Source: a virus | Length of the DNA stretch: 64,000 nt | Strand: one strand, 5' to 3' | IMG/VR virus record: IMGVR_UViG_3300020198_000012 | Location: 6,959-70,958 of that record | Part shown: piece by piece, positions 1 through 10,676 of the stretch | Numbering within the stretch: the stretch's first letter is position 1 | How the letters are laid out: each line of letters starts with the position of its first letter | Program-made: the position numbers and the translations under genes | The notes under the pieces: model-generated | Told to the model about the DNA's origin: nothing | The model's input: only the letters and a program-made list of their open reading frames with translations | Database searches by the model: none

Positions 1-10
1 AGTGATACTT

Positions 11-157
11 ATGATTGAAATAGGCAATGGAGAAAAATGTCCTTGGTGCAATGTCGTTAATGATCCTGAGAAAATTGACATTATAGAGCACTTTCTAAAA
101 GAACACCCCAAAGAATTTGAAAAGTCAGTGTTCGGAGGAGATGACGTAGGGATATGA
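11..157 (+). CDS. Small C2H2-type zinc-finger protein (48 aa, not in ORF track)
   Basis: Hand translation MIEIGNGEKCPWC...IEHFLKEHPKEF; ATGA overlap with the next gene. Confidence 0.6.
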   Translation: MIEIGNGEKCPWCNVVNDPEKIDIIEHFLKEHPKEFEKSVFGGDDVGI

Positions 158-459
158 ACAAGCCAATAACTTCACATAATACGATAAGTGAACTAGAAAC
201 AATTCCAGAATCTTGGAAAGAACTTGACACTGTGATGTCAAACTTTGACTTTGAAATAGACAGAAAAATCGAAGAAAAGCTAAAGACTGGAAACTATTGG
301 TCGCAATATGCAGGATATGATTTTTGTGGATATGTTTGGTGGAACAGAGATAAATGGTCATGTGAAATATGGCAATACAAATCACATATAGACACAATTC
401 ATGGAAAAACACTAGAAGCCATAATGGAAACTGTTTCAGAGAAATATGGATTTAGGTAA
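154..459 (+). CDS. Hypothetical viral protein
   Basis: 101-aa ORF in a coupled + strand run. Confidence 0.7.
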   Translation: MNKPITSHNTISELETIPESWKELDTVMSNFDFEIDRKIEEKLKTGNYWSQYAGYDFCGYVWWNRDKWSCEIWQYKSHIDTIHGKTLEAIMETVSEKYGFR

Positions 460-879
460 TATAGAACCATGAAACCAATAACAGAAATGTCATTAAAAGA
501 ACTAGAAATAGAGAAATCTCTAGTAAAATCTAGACTGAAAGTTAATCCCAGTGCAAAGTTTTATCTAGACGCTATTATAGAAGAAATAGAAAACAGGTTA
601 TCATAATGATTTGCTCAAATATTAATCAATTAAGGAAAAATAGATTCCTCCTTTTCCTAATAGATTTTGGTGTAAAAAATTTAAATACTATGGTTAATAA
701 ATATTAATAATGAATATGAATATTATAGGTCATAAAAAACTATTAAAGGCTTTGCAGAGAGAGTGTTGATATAAAAGTGAGTATAGATATTGTTGAATCA
801 GATGAAGACAAAGAACTTTACTTTGGTAAAAAGAAAACTAAAGAAGCCAGAGATATGTTAAATATAGAAGGAGAAGAAG

Positions 880-1317
880 ATGACAGTTAGACAAGCATTA
901 GATAAAGTAACAGAAATTCTATCCACACCACAGCATCCCCAAATAAAGGGAAAATTAATTGAATATGGCTATGCTGGTAATGGTGAAGTAATTATTTTGG
1001 GTAAATGTGCTTTAGGAGAGCTATCTTGTAGAGTAGGATTACCTTTAAAACCACATCAACCCCCACCATATCATTCTACAATATTAACGCTTACAGGGTT
1101 TCCTGCTTGGATGTCTGAAGGTAACTTACCTACAATGAGAGCTAGTGTAGTAAATAAGGTTAATTTACTATGGTTTATAGATAGCTGTTTTGAAGGAAAA
1201 ACCATAGAAGGAGAATCACATTTATCCAGTTATATCACTCTTATGAATGACTATGGATTTACCTATCAACAAATTATTGAATTCCTTGAAACAACCTTCG
1301 GAGATATTGAAGATTAA
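880..1317 (+). CDS. Hypothetical viral protein
   Basis: GGAG upstream. CALGEL...MND-GFTYQQIIEFLE pattern resembles a common phage family. Confidence 0.7.
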   Translation: MTVRQALDKVTEILSTPQHPQIKGKLIEYGYAGNGEVIILGKCALGELSCRVGLPLKPHQPPPYHSTILTLTGFPAWMSEGNLPTMRASVVNKVNLLWFIDSCFEGKTIEGESHLSSYITLMNDYGFTYQQIIEFLETTFGDIED

Positions 1318-1715
1318 TGATGAAATGTCTTAACTGTGAATATTGTAACCACTCAAAAACTACAGAGTGTCTTTTTTGTGGAGCATCACTGGTAAAAAAT
1401 GTTGATGGAAAGATTATTCTTAACGGATCACCATTAGATATATTACGTACTGTTTACACATGCTATGGATTTAATATAACTGACCTATTAGAACATGAAT
1501 CAGATATTTATGTGGAAGTTGTAGAACCTATTGATTTACAAAATAATAAATTTGTAGACATTCATTCCTTTTTACACACGAAAGGGATACATTTTTTAGG
1601 AGCTGTCAGTGATCATGGTTTATGGTATGCAACAGATAAATTATTTAAAAATGGTTTTGACTGGAGATTAAAATCCGGTCGTTTTAGTTGTATAACTGAT
1701 ATGGGTGTATTATAA
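1317..1715 (+). CDS. Zinc-ribbon protein
   Basis: N-terminal CLNC...CLFCG; translationally coupled. Confidence 0.7.
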   Translation: MMKCLNCEYCNHSKTTECLFCGASLVKNVDGKIILNGSPLDILRTVYTCYGFNITDLLEHESDIYVEVVEPIDLQNNKFVDIHSFLHTKGIHFLGAVSDHGLWYATDKLFKNGFDWRLKSGRFSCITDMGVL

Positions 1716-2665
1716 TGGAAGGAAATATAAAAGACAAACTTGCTTATTTAACTGAGCAAGGAATAAAGGGTAATTTGGTTGCTGGAAAAGTTCCAGTCAT
1801 ACCAATTAACTATGATATATATCTCCCAGAAAGATTTGGGAAATATGTAGATATAGGCGGTCATCTTAAGACCATGAAGACCGTTATAGAGGAAAAAGAT
1901 AACATACCATTCCTTATTGAAGGTGATAAGGGAATAGGTAAAACTATGGTTGTGCATGAAGCATGTGCTGATTTGGATTGTCCCTTGATTACACATTCAT
2001 GTTCTTCGGGAACAACAATGGGTGATATATTAGGAAGGTTGCAGTTACAAGGAGATGTATCTGTATTTCAGCTAGGTGTCCTACCTATTGCGATAGAGGT
2101 GGCAAATCATTATGGAAGAGCTGTCTTATATCTTGACGAGCTAAGCTCCCTAGAGCCAGAAATTCAAAAAATGTTGAATCCTGTACTTGATGACAGGCAC
2201 AAAATAATTGTAAATGACAACCTTTACAAACTAAAAGGAGACGCAACACTAACAGTTGTGGCGACAACAAATCCAGCAGATTATCAGGGATCAAACCCAC
2301 TAAATGAAGACTTAAGAAGTAGGTTTATAGGAGAGATATGGTCTTATCCAAAATCCATAGAAGTGGCAAAGGTAATAGATTGGACAGATATACCAGTAGA
2401 TGAGGTTAAGAAACCACTTCTAACATTAGCTACTGATACATTAAGTCTAAGGCAGGAAGGTGAAGTGGATTATGTATTATCTATAAGGGATATACATTTA
2501 TTCACAAAAGCATATAGAATGTGGAAGAACAGTGGAATAACTGGATTAGAGAATATTTTGGAAAAGACAATACAGACAACCATATTGATAAAATATGAGG
2601 ATTCAAAGCAAAGAGAGTTGATACAAAAACGTGCAATAGAAACCTTTGGAGTTGGTAAGATATGA
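1715..2665 (+). CDS. MoxR-family AAA+ ATPase (CbbQ/NorQ-like)
   Basis: Walker A GDKGIGKT, Walker B LYLDE, ATTNP-YQGSNPLNEDLRSRF. Confidence 0.92.
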   Translation: MEGNIKDKLAYLTEQGIKGNLVAGKVPVIPINYDIYLPERFGKYVDIGGHLKTMKTVIEEKDNIPFLIEGDKGIGKTMVVHEACADLDCPLITHSCSSGTTMGDILGRLQLQGDVSVFQLGVLPIAIEVANHYGRAVLYLDELSSLEPEIQKMLNPVLDDRHKIIVNDNLYKLKGDATLTVVATTNPADYQGSNPLNEDLRSRFIGEIWSYPKSIEVAKVIDWTDIPVDEVKKPLLTLATDTLSLRQEGEVDYVLSIRDIHLFTKAYRMWKNSGITGLENILEKTIQTTILIKYEDSKQRELIQKRAIETFGVGKI

Positions 2666-4344
2666 AGAAAGGTCTATCTATAACAGAAAAAGAATTATTT
2701 TCCAAGACAGCATCTATTTTTGAAAATCTAAAGCACAAGAAAATAGAGATACAATATGGACGCGGTGGGAATTATATATACCCTGAAAATGGAAAATTTG
2801 TCATTAATGTAGCCACGCCAGCAGAAAAGAATATTGAAAAATATACAGCGTTGAACCATGAATTGGGACATTACGTTTTTGACAGTTTTGGAAAGGATGT
2901 GAAACCCATTTTGTTTAAAGAGTGTAGAAGCTTTCCTGCAGTCTTAGAAGCGATTGCAAGAGACATGTATCTTGCCACATTTAATATTATAGAAGACCAG
3001 AGAATAGAATCTTTAATGGGACAAATATATTTGGGAACAAATAAAAGATTCAAAAAGACCAGGGAAAAATTGGGAAAAGTTTGTACTCCAGCAAATGATC
3101 CTGTAAATGCGTTGCTATTTACTAGATTCATGAGAGATGATTTAGTTTTGCCAGATTTTGAATTGGCTAAACAGATAATAAAGGATGTAGAACTACAAAG
3201 TCCTGAAGGGGGAGTGGTTTTAACGATAGAATATATAAGAAAAGTGATCAATCCTTATCTACAAAAAAATGTAAATGATATACCAAAACTTCCTAATGGT
3301 GATCTAGTTACAGATGTTGGTGAGGTTAACGGAGATCTTAGTGAAGCAGCTCACTCATCAAAAAAGATGAATTCCAAATGTGATCATCAAGGTCTTTCAA
3401 AAGAAATGACACCAGAAGAACAACAGAATATAGAAAAAGGAATGCCAATTCTTGAAGAATTAAAAGCTAAGGGAGAACTTTTAGTGGAAGGAGTGAAAGA
3501 GGAGTTACAGAAGAATTTACTTGGTGGAAAGAAATTATTACCTGCAAGTCAAGTTGATATTGATATAATAAACAGGACTAGGGGAAACCCCTATATTCCT
3601 GATACTATGGTTGCAAGACAACTTAATAAGATATTCCGACAGCTGCAAGAAAAATCAAAACATGGTTTTACTGATTCAGGTGACGAGATTTCAATACAAC
3701 AGGTGATAAAAAGAAAAGCTACGGGACATGGAGATGCATTTATGGATTTAAGAAGGAAATCAAAATTACATATAATGTTGGCAATAGATGGTAGCGGATC
3801 TATGCAGATGAATAGAATAGGCACCGCAAGGGATTTGGTAGCAACATTATATGATAGTCTTAAAAACATACGCCATGTCAATCTTCAGGCAGTTGTGTGG
3901 TCGTCTAATAGTAAAGGAAATCTTGGTTTAACACCGATTGAAAGTAAAAGAGATGTTGATAAAATAGATTGTTCCGATTCTTATGAATTGACACCAACTC
4001 ATATAGCAGTAGATTACAGTAGAAAAGTTTTACAGAGTATGGGCGGTGGTAATAAAGTAATGATAATTTTAACAGATGGTGAGCCAAATTATTCGAAAAA
4101 TCATCGTCAAATAGCCTCGGCGACAATAGCGGAGGAGACAGAACGCAGTGTTAGAAAGGCAAGAAGTAACGGGATTAAGGTTATAGGTATATTAATTGGC
4201 CATGGGAATGTCTATGATATGGAAATCATGTTTGGTAAAAAGAATTTCATACATTGTAGATCCATGAACGATGCATCAGATAAACTGGTAAGGCAGTTTA
4301 GTAGAATTGTGGTGAAACAGATCAGGAGGAAAGGTAAGGTATGA
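2662..4344 (+). CDS. VWA-domain protein with N-terminal HEXXH metallopeptidase-like region (MoxR partner)
   Basis: NHELGH, FNIIEDQRIE, MIDAS DGSGSM, TPT and ILTDGEP motifs; follows MoxR. Confidence 0.9.
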   Translation: MKKGLSITEKELFSKTASIFENLKHKKIEIQYGRGGNYIYPENGKFVINVATPAEKNIEKYTALNHELGHYVFDSFGKDVKPILFKECRSFPAVLEAIARDMYLATFNIIEDQRIESLMGQIYLGTNKRFKKTREKLGKVCTPANDPVNALLFTRFMRDDLVLPDFELAKQIIKDVELQSPEGGVVLTIEYIRKVINPYLQKNVNDIPKLPNGDLVTDVGEVNGDLSEAAHSSKKMNSKCDHQGLSKEMTPEEQQNIEKGMPILEELKAKGELLVEGVKEELQKNLLGGKKLLPASQVDIDIINRTRGNPYIPDTMVARQLNKIFRQLQEKSKHGFTDSGDEISIQQVIKRKATGHGDAFMDLRRKSKLHIMLAIDGSGSMQMNRIGTARDLVATLYDSLKNIRHVNLQAVVWSSNSKGNLGLTPIESKRDVDKIDCSDSYELTPTHIAVDYSRKVLQSMGGGNKVMIILTDGEPNYSKNHRQIASATIAEETERSVRKARSNGIKVIGILIGHGNVYDMEIMFGKKNFIHCRSMNDASDKLVRQFSRIVVKQIRRKGKV

Positions 4345-4778
4345 TATGGACTAAAATAGGTAATTGTGATGTTGACAGTGGTCAAATAATTATCATCGAT
4401 CCTTGTTATATTCTTCCTGATCATAGAAATGCTAAGATAGAACATACCTATGATGAGCTATTAGCTAACATAGGTATAGAACCCACTACAGATAAAGATC
4501 TCCCAGTTTCATCAAATGAAACAGAACATCCAATAGAAATATTTGGAGGAGTTAATAGCCCTACAAAAGATGGTGATGGATGTTTTCCAGTTTATGCATT
4601 ACATGAACATCCTATGGATAATCGACCTCTTGCATTAATGATAGATTTTTCAGGAAGCGAATGTGAAGGATGCGGCGAGGCAGTTTCTGATATAGAATAT
4701 ATAAATAAATGTAAAACACACGGACAATGTTGCAGAGAATGTGGAGATCCTTCTTGTGAAGGAGATTGTGGTGACTAG
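4341..4778 (+). CDS. DUF4241-like protein with Cys-rich C-terminus
   Basis: VDSGQIIIIDPCY and GDGCFPVY motifs. Confidence 0.55.
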   Translation: MIWTKIGNCDVDSGQIIIIDPCYILPDHRNAKIEHTYDELLANIGIEPTTDKDLPVSSNETEHPIEIFGGVNSPTKDGDGCFPVYALHEHPMDNRPLALMIDFSGSECEGCGEAVSDIEYINKCKTHGQCCRECGDPSCEGDCGD

Positions 4779-5084
4779 TACATGATCACTGAAAAAACTT
4801 TCCTAACAGCGATATTATTTCGCTTCTACGAATATGAGTGGGATCCTATAGTAGCAATGATAATTTGTGAAAAATTAGGGTTTAGAGAAGAATTATTATC
4901 CGAAATAGGAAAAGAGATGATGGATAAAGTAGACTCAGGAGAGATATCTGAAGACGCTGTACCAAATGCCTTGGATCTGTTAAATCAATAATTACAAAGA
5001 ACGTAACAATTCCTCATTTTCCTCGTGGGTTTTGTAGTAAATAATTTATATAAAGCTAAAGAGACTTTTTTATTAGGAGAAAAC

Positions 5085-5429
5085 ATGAACAAAAACCAAT
5101 TAGAACAATTCGCTGACATAGGTATTAAAGACCCTCCTAGAGAAACACCAACATGTAAAGATGCAATAGTGGAGATCTTGAAGAGAGATTCTTCAGGAAA
5201 GATGCTACCAACCAGAGCAATCAAAGAATCTTTGATGCTTCTAGGATTTGCGCACAGCAACCCAATAGTTCACTCATCTTTAAAGAAACTAGTTTCTGAA
5301 GGTATAGTAGAATCTACTTCTCCAAAAGACGGAAAGAAGAAATACTATAGACTAAAGGGGTCTTTGGTTACTATCAGTGGGGAAGAAAATACCTCAGAAG
5401 AGAAAGACCTAAATCCAGACGAGGATTAA
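5085..5429 (+). CDS. Winged-helix DNA-binding protein
   Basis: AGGAGA before ATG 5085 (preferred over 5025); VHSSLKKLVSEGIVE...KKKYYRLK. Confidence 0.75.
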   Translation: MNKNQLEQFADIGIKDPPRETPTCKDAIVEILKRDSSGKMLPTRAIKESLMLLGFAHSNPIVHSSLKKLVSEGIVESTSPKDGKKKYYRLKGSLVTISGEENTSEEKDLNPDED

Positions 5430-5500
5430 GAAGGAACTTTCCTTCTCTTTTTTCTGCTAACATATTTAAATAATACATCATCCCTATTATTAATAATAAT

Positions 5501-5788
5501 ATGATCCAAAAAATATTAGCAACTGGTTCTTTAATTAGTCTGTTAATAGCTAGTCCAATTGCTATTGTCATAGGAACATCTCACCCATTATGGATGGGAT
5601 TGGTGTTTGTGGTAATTATTGATCTGGTTTTTCTAATAACTTTAAGTTTAATCAAATTTAATAATAAATTAATAGGCATTATTGATGATACAATACATAA
5701 TAAAGAGGATCTAACATTTGATTTGGATGGTAAAGGAGATTTTACATTAACTAAAGGATGGACTAAGGAAGGGAAAAAGATTGATTAA
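5501..5788 (+). CDS. Two-TM membrane protein
   Basis: Two hydrophobic segments; TTTAAATA upstream. Confidence 0.7.
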   Translation: MIQKILATGSLISLLIASPIAIVIGTSHPLWMGLVFVVIIDLVFLITLSLIKFNNKLIGIIDDTIHNKEDLTFDLDGKGDFTLTKGWTKEGKKID

Positions 5789-5868
5789 AAGGGAACTTCA
5801 TGATTTAGGAGATCTAAAACCTAGCCAAGGGTTTAAAAGAATAGCAGAGGTGTTAGAGGTTTTAATAT

Positions 5869-6135
5869 ATGAATAACATGGAAAAGATTAAACAACTAGG
5901 GGAAATAGGAACAACCAAGCTACCAGATAATGGGCGAGAGATGATATTAACGGCATTTAACACCTATCCTACTAGATGGTTTACTGCTAACATGCTTGCA
6001 GTCCCATTAGAATTGTCTTTAAATTATACATATAAAATATGTGAATCCTTGTCTATGAATAGAATTGTAGAAAAACGAGGTGTTGGTAAGAAAACTTATT
6101 ACCGCTATCGCAAAGAGGAACTTGTTGGCAGGTAA
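5869..6135 (+). CDS. Winged-helix protein
   Basis: YPTRWFTANML...YKICESL...IVEKRG-GKKTYYRY; similar to 63626..63886. Confidence 0.7.
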   Translation: MNNMEKIKQLGEIGTTKLPDNGREMILTAFNTYPTRWFTANMLAVPLELSLNYTYKICESLSMNRIVEKRGVGKKTYYRYRKEELVGR

Positions 6136-7123
6136 GACACTTGAAATCGGAACATCAATCCCTAAGGAAATTGTTACCAAAGTGCAGGCTATACTCGCTA
6201 AACGTGATTCTGGAAAAACATATACTGCAGGAGTTGAAGAAGAAGAATTGATGAAACTAGAACAACCGATTGTAGTGATAGATGGTATGCATGCACATTA
6301 TGGGTTAAGGAGTAAATATCCTATACCAATATTAGGACCAATTGATCCTAAAGAAAAGGTCTTTTCACCTGATATAGAACTTCGTGAAACAGATGCTGAA
6401 CTAGTAGCGGAAATGATAGTTTCATTAAATCAAAGTTGTATATTGGATATTTCGAACTGGGATGAAGAAACTCAGCGAAGCTTTGTAGCAGGATTTCTTG
6501 AAAAATTATTTCAATTAAATGATTCTCCTAGACATATCTTTGTAGAAGAAGCTGATTCTTTTGCTCCTCAAAAAGGAATTACAGAGAATGGTAGATTGTC
6601 AAAATATGCTTTAAATAAGATAGTTAGAAGAGGAAGAGGTAGAGGGTTAGGTGTTACAATGATTACACAAAGACCAGCTGTAATAGATAAAGATATTTTA
6701 ACCCAGGCCGATGTTTATATTATTAAGAACTTTATAGCAGAACAAGATATAAAAGCTATTAAAGGACTAATTACCAATTTTAATCTAAGTAAACAACTAG
6801 TAACGAAAACTTTAGAAAAAATTTCTAAATTTAAACCAATGGAAGCATTATTATACTCTCCATCATGGTTAGATAGGTTAGATGTTTTTAATGTTAGAAC
6901 AAGAGAAACTTATCATGCAGGTAGAACACCTGAATATAACGAGAACATTAACTTCCATGCTATTCCAATCAATGTTGAAAAGATAATACAATTTCTTAAT
7001 AATCAATTATTCCATCAAGAAGAAGAAATTGTTGTAACTGAGAATGGTCTTACTTTAAAGGAGAAAATAGCAATGTTTGGAGGAGCTTCTATAGCAATAA
7101 TAATAATGGTGTGTTTAATATGA
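6125..7123 (+). CDS. HerA/FtsK-like (DUF87/DUF853-type) ATPase with C-terminal TM helix
   Basis: AKRDSGKT, VVID, IFVEEADSFAPQ, RRGRGRGLGVTMITQRPA; probable TTG start at 6125. Confidence 0.85.
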   Translation: MAGKTLEIGTSIPKEIVTKVQAILAKRDSGKTYTAGVEEEELMKLEQPIVVIDGMHAHYGLRSKYPIPILGPIDPKEKVFSPDIELRETDAELVAEMIVSLNQSCILDISNWDEETQRSFVAGFLEKLFQLNDSPRHIFVEEADSFAPQKGITENGRLSKYALNKIVRRGRGRGLGVTMITQRPAVIDKDILTQADVYIIKNFIAEQDIKAIKGLITNFNLSKQLVTKTLEKISKFKPMEALLYSPSWLDRLDVFNVRTRETYHAGRTPEYNENINFHAIPINVEKIIQFLNNQLFHQEEEIVVTENGLTLKEKIAMFGGASIAIIIMVCLI

Positions 7124-7446
7124 AACCAATAGCTAAAATAACTTTAGAGGAAACAGAAAAACTGCGCTTCTTATATGAACAAGCTAATAAGACTGATGAC
7201 CAAGTAGATAGACAAAAGCTAAAAGATTTCCTAGATCAACTAGGAGAAAAATATCAATATGAGCCTCAGAGAGTTGGAATAGATACTAAAGGAAATGTTA
7301 ATCTTCTTTCAGAAGAAATAGTTTTTGTAGTTATTGATATACAACAAAATAATATTGTTAAGGTATTCCAATCAAAGAAAAAAGCTATGACCTTTGCAGC
7401 TAAATCTCCTATAAAATATAATGTAATAGAGGTAGAACTAGTTTGA
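7111..7446 (+). CDS. Hypothetical protein
   Basis: Coupled ORF in the early arm. Confidence 0.65.
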   Translation: MFNMKPIAKITLEETEKLRFLYEQANKTDDQVDRQKLKDFLDQLGEKYQYEPQRVGIDTKGNVNLLSEEIVFVVIDIQQNNIVKVFQSKKKAMTFAAKSPIKYNVIEVELV

Positions 7447-8329
7447 CTAATCATACAGTCTTTATAATGGTTCAAGAAGATGGCGAACCTAAAAGTAGAA
7501 AGGTTTTGAAATTGCCTCAAATAGTTGGTATTATTAAAATATTTGATATCCCAAATAAGATAACTACTCCCCAAGAATTGTTTGAAGAAGTTAAATATGC
7601 TATAGGACATTATGAAATAGTATGGGTAAATATAGGAAATGAAGATGACTAATCAATACTTGGAAGAGAAATTTCATCAAAAAGTTAAAGAAGTTATCCA
7701 GCATCAATTAGCTGATGGTACCATGGTATCATTCTGGTATGGAGAAGCTGTTAAAAAAGAAGCTATATTAGATGGTATTAGAAAGATTCTCAGCCAACAC
7801 ATACCTCTTGAAGAGAAAATAGACGATATTGATAGCTTGATTAAATGTATTCCAAAAGGAATTACTGTAGGAAAATTAATATGACTGAAGATAAAATTTC
7901 TTGGTGTAGAACCTGTAAAATATATGAAGGTAAACCGTTTCTATGTGGGAATTGTCAATGGACAATGTATCAAAGGTATTTACTAGAAATAGAAATCGAT
8001 AGAAAATGTAAAGAAGCTGAAGAAAAATGTCTATGATCCCACCAAAAAGCAGTTCTGCAGGAGATGGAATGCCTATAAAATGCTATTATTGTAGAGAAGA
8101 AACCACCACGGATAAAGTTATATCCTCTCCAGATGGAAAACCAACTTGTCCTAAATGTATTACAACAGAGTTTAAAAGTTTTATTTCCTATGGGAAAGAT
8201 ATAGATTCACTACGATAAATGGCTTTTAAAGATATGGTTAGTAAATGGTGTGGTCGATGTGAAGATTGGACTGGACATTTAGATAATATTTGTAGCAGGT
8301 GTGAAGAAGACAATGGATGATGTGTTATA

Positions 8330-8587
8330 ATGCCATATATATCTAAACAGTTAAGAGAAAATATTGACGCAACCTTGGCAATGCCCTTAATACATAAACT
8401 AGGGGAATTAAATTATACTATAACTAAACTAATCCAAAGTTATTTAGACGATAATGGAGGAAGTTCCTATGACAATTTCAATGGGATCATTGGAGTTTTA
8501 GAATGTTGTAAACAAGAACTCTATAGAAGATTAGTTGCTCCTTATGAAGACAAAAAGAAAGAATTAAACGGTGATGTGTTTGAGTGA
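8330..8587 (+). CDS. Conserved phage protein (DUF6899-like)
   Basis: MPYI...GELNYTITKL...GVLECCKQELYRR...PYEDKK...NGDV. Confidence 0.7.
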   Translation: MPYISKQLRENIDATLAMPLIHKLGELNYTITKLIQSYLDDNGGSSYDNFNGIIGVLECCKQELYRRLVAPYEDKKKELNGDVFE

Positions 8588-9271
8588 AAAATTTTGTAAA
8601 GAATGTCTAGAAAAATTAGATGAAACTAATATTATTCCTGGTTATGAGGATGTTATAGAGTGTTCTTATTGTGGATACCCTAATGCTCCTGGAGATTGGT
8701 TTGAGATTTAAACATTACGAAAAACTGAAAAATCCATCTGTGATTGAATGCTTGAAAGCATCTGCTGAGCTTTTGGAAAGAGCAGAATTTGAAACAGATA
8801 ATTTAGGAGCGGCTATTTCCTTTTCAAATCTCAAGGACCAGATAAATCAACTAATTAATGATATAGAACCCGGTGATGAAAAATGAAAAGATTTGAAAAG
8901 ACTTTACAAATTAGAAATGAAGTTAAAGACAAAATACACGATTTGGATAATAAAACGATTGGAACCAGGATAATAATTGAGGAGGCATTGAGACGAGCTT
9001 CATTATATAAATATCAAAAAGTGCTCCTAACGATAGAAATTGGCAGCAAACTAAATAACGGAGAACTTGATTAAAATGGGAAAACCGCTTTGTCACTGTG
9101 ATAGTCCTGATTGGGATTCAGAATATTTAGGTTTAGACGACACAGATATTGAAATATGGCATTGCTGGTGTTCTAATTGCGGTGCAAAACGGAGGGAAGA
9201 ACAATCTATTAAAAGTAGTGACAACTAACCCTTTCCATTATCTTTTTTAACAATTATTATATAAAAATAAT

Positions 9272-9481
9272 ATGAGAGGAGAAGAATTACCTTTATCAGA
9301 AGCACTAGTGCGACTAATGGCTTTGAGGAAACAAGGTAAAAATCCCTATTTAGAATTTAAATGTGAAAGCTGTAAAAGGTTAAATAGGATTCCTCAGAAA
9401 GCAGAAGCTAAAACAACTATTGTTTGTGGCAAATGCGGTGAAACCAATTATTTAAAAATATTCAAGGTGATATCTAATTAA
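9272..9481 (+). CDS. Zinc-ribbon protein
   Basis: CESC...CGKCG; AT-rich promoter-like upstream region. Confidence 0.65.
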   Translation: MRGEELPLSEALVRLMALRKQGKNPYLEFKCESCKRLNRIPQKAEAKTTIVCGKCGETNYLKIFKVISN

Positions 9482-9975
9482 ATGTCAGATCCTATATCTT
9501 TTGAAGATATAATGGCAATGCAAGCTTCCAAGGAGCAACAAGACCCTTTAAAAGAGAAACTGCCTTGTCCATTATGTGCTATACAAGACGCTAATAACTC
9601 TCCCTTCTACCATGACAACCCAGATCCTTTAAAATACAATTGTAATTACCATGCCCATAGACCTTAAAACAGCAAAGGCCTTAGAAGAGACTGAGAGAGA
9701 GAAAAAGAAACACCCTAGAGATTATAAAAGAAAAGAACAACAAAACCTAGTACATTGGGTAGTTGTCGATGCTAGAGGACACATGCATGGGAGATTGTTT
9801 AATTCAAAAACAGAATGTGAAAGTTTATTAGCTTTTGATCCTACTATTCTTACATATGCTCCTATTAGATTTCAAAAACTGATCTGTTATCCTTCTATAA
9901 CTTGTCATTGTAGTGAATTTTCCAATTTCGTTAAATATGTTAACCACCAAATAGTATATAGATGTAAAAATAACC

Positions 9976-10263
9976 ATGAAACGAAAATATCCGAATACGA
10001 CTGAATTATCCTTAGCAGCAATACAAATCAATAATATTGCTGACCAACTAAAGCAATCTAACAAGAAATTAGAATTCCTAGATGGCAGAGAGAGGACAAA
10101 AGAACTTTATCATAATGGTAATTTACATTTAGAGTTAAGAAAGTTTACAACTATAGCTAATCAACAATATGGTGTTTTTTATTGTTCTATTTGTGGGGAA
10201 TTATTTAAAGACACAATACCAAGGACTATACACGTTAAAGAGGAACACATTGAAAAAATTTAG
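9976..10263 (+). CDS. C2H2 zinc-finger protein
   Basis: YCSICGELF...HVKEEH. Confidence 0.65.
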   Translation: MKRKYPNTTELSLAAIQINNIADQLKQSNKKLEFLDGRERTKELYHNGNLHLELRKFTTIANQQYGVFYCSICGELFKDTIPRTIHVKEEHIEKI

Positions 10264-10676
10264 TGATAAATGGGATAAAAAGGAAAAAAGGTATACTCGT
10301 TATAATTTCTTGAGGGATTTTATAAATTTTGATTGGCTCTTTCATCATCCAAAAAGGATTGTTAGAGCAACGGGACCAATATTAATCTTATTAGGTTTTT
10401 GGCATGTAGGATATGTCCTCTTTCTATACACTTCTTACGCAATAGAATTAATGTTTTGGACAGGATATTAAATGCTTAATAATGCAAATTACCAATGGAT
10501 AATGATCAAGTTAGGAACAATCCATAAATCAATTATATTAACCTGCAGAAACCCTGGAATATCACAACAAACAAAGGATAAATTAAATACAGCATTTAAA
10601 GCTTTATTAGATGATGTTATACAACTAACATCTCCTTTGACAATCGAAAGAGAAATATATAAATTGGATCCTAAAA

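Noticed and set aside
710-890. Possible frameshifted gene after the TATA at 680
   Set aside because: A 19-codon ORF is followed by a short ORF in another frame. This cannot be distinguished from two tiny genes without homologs.
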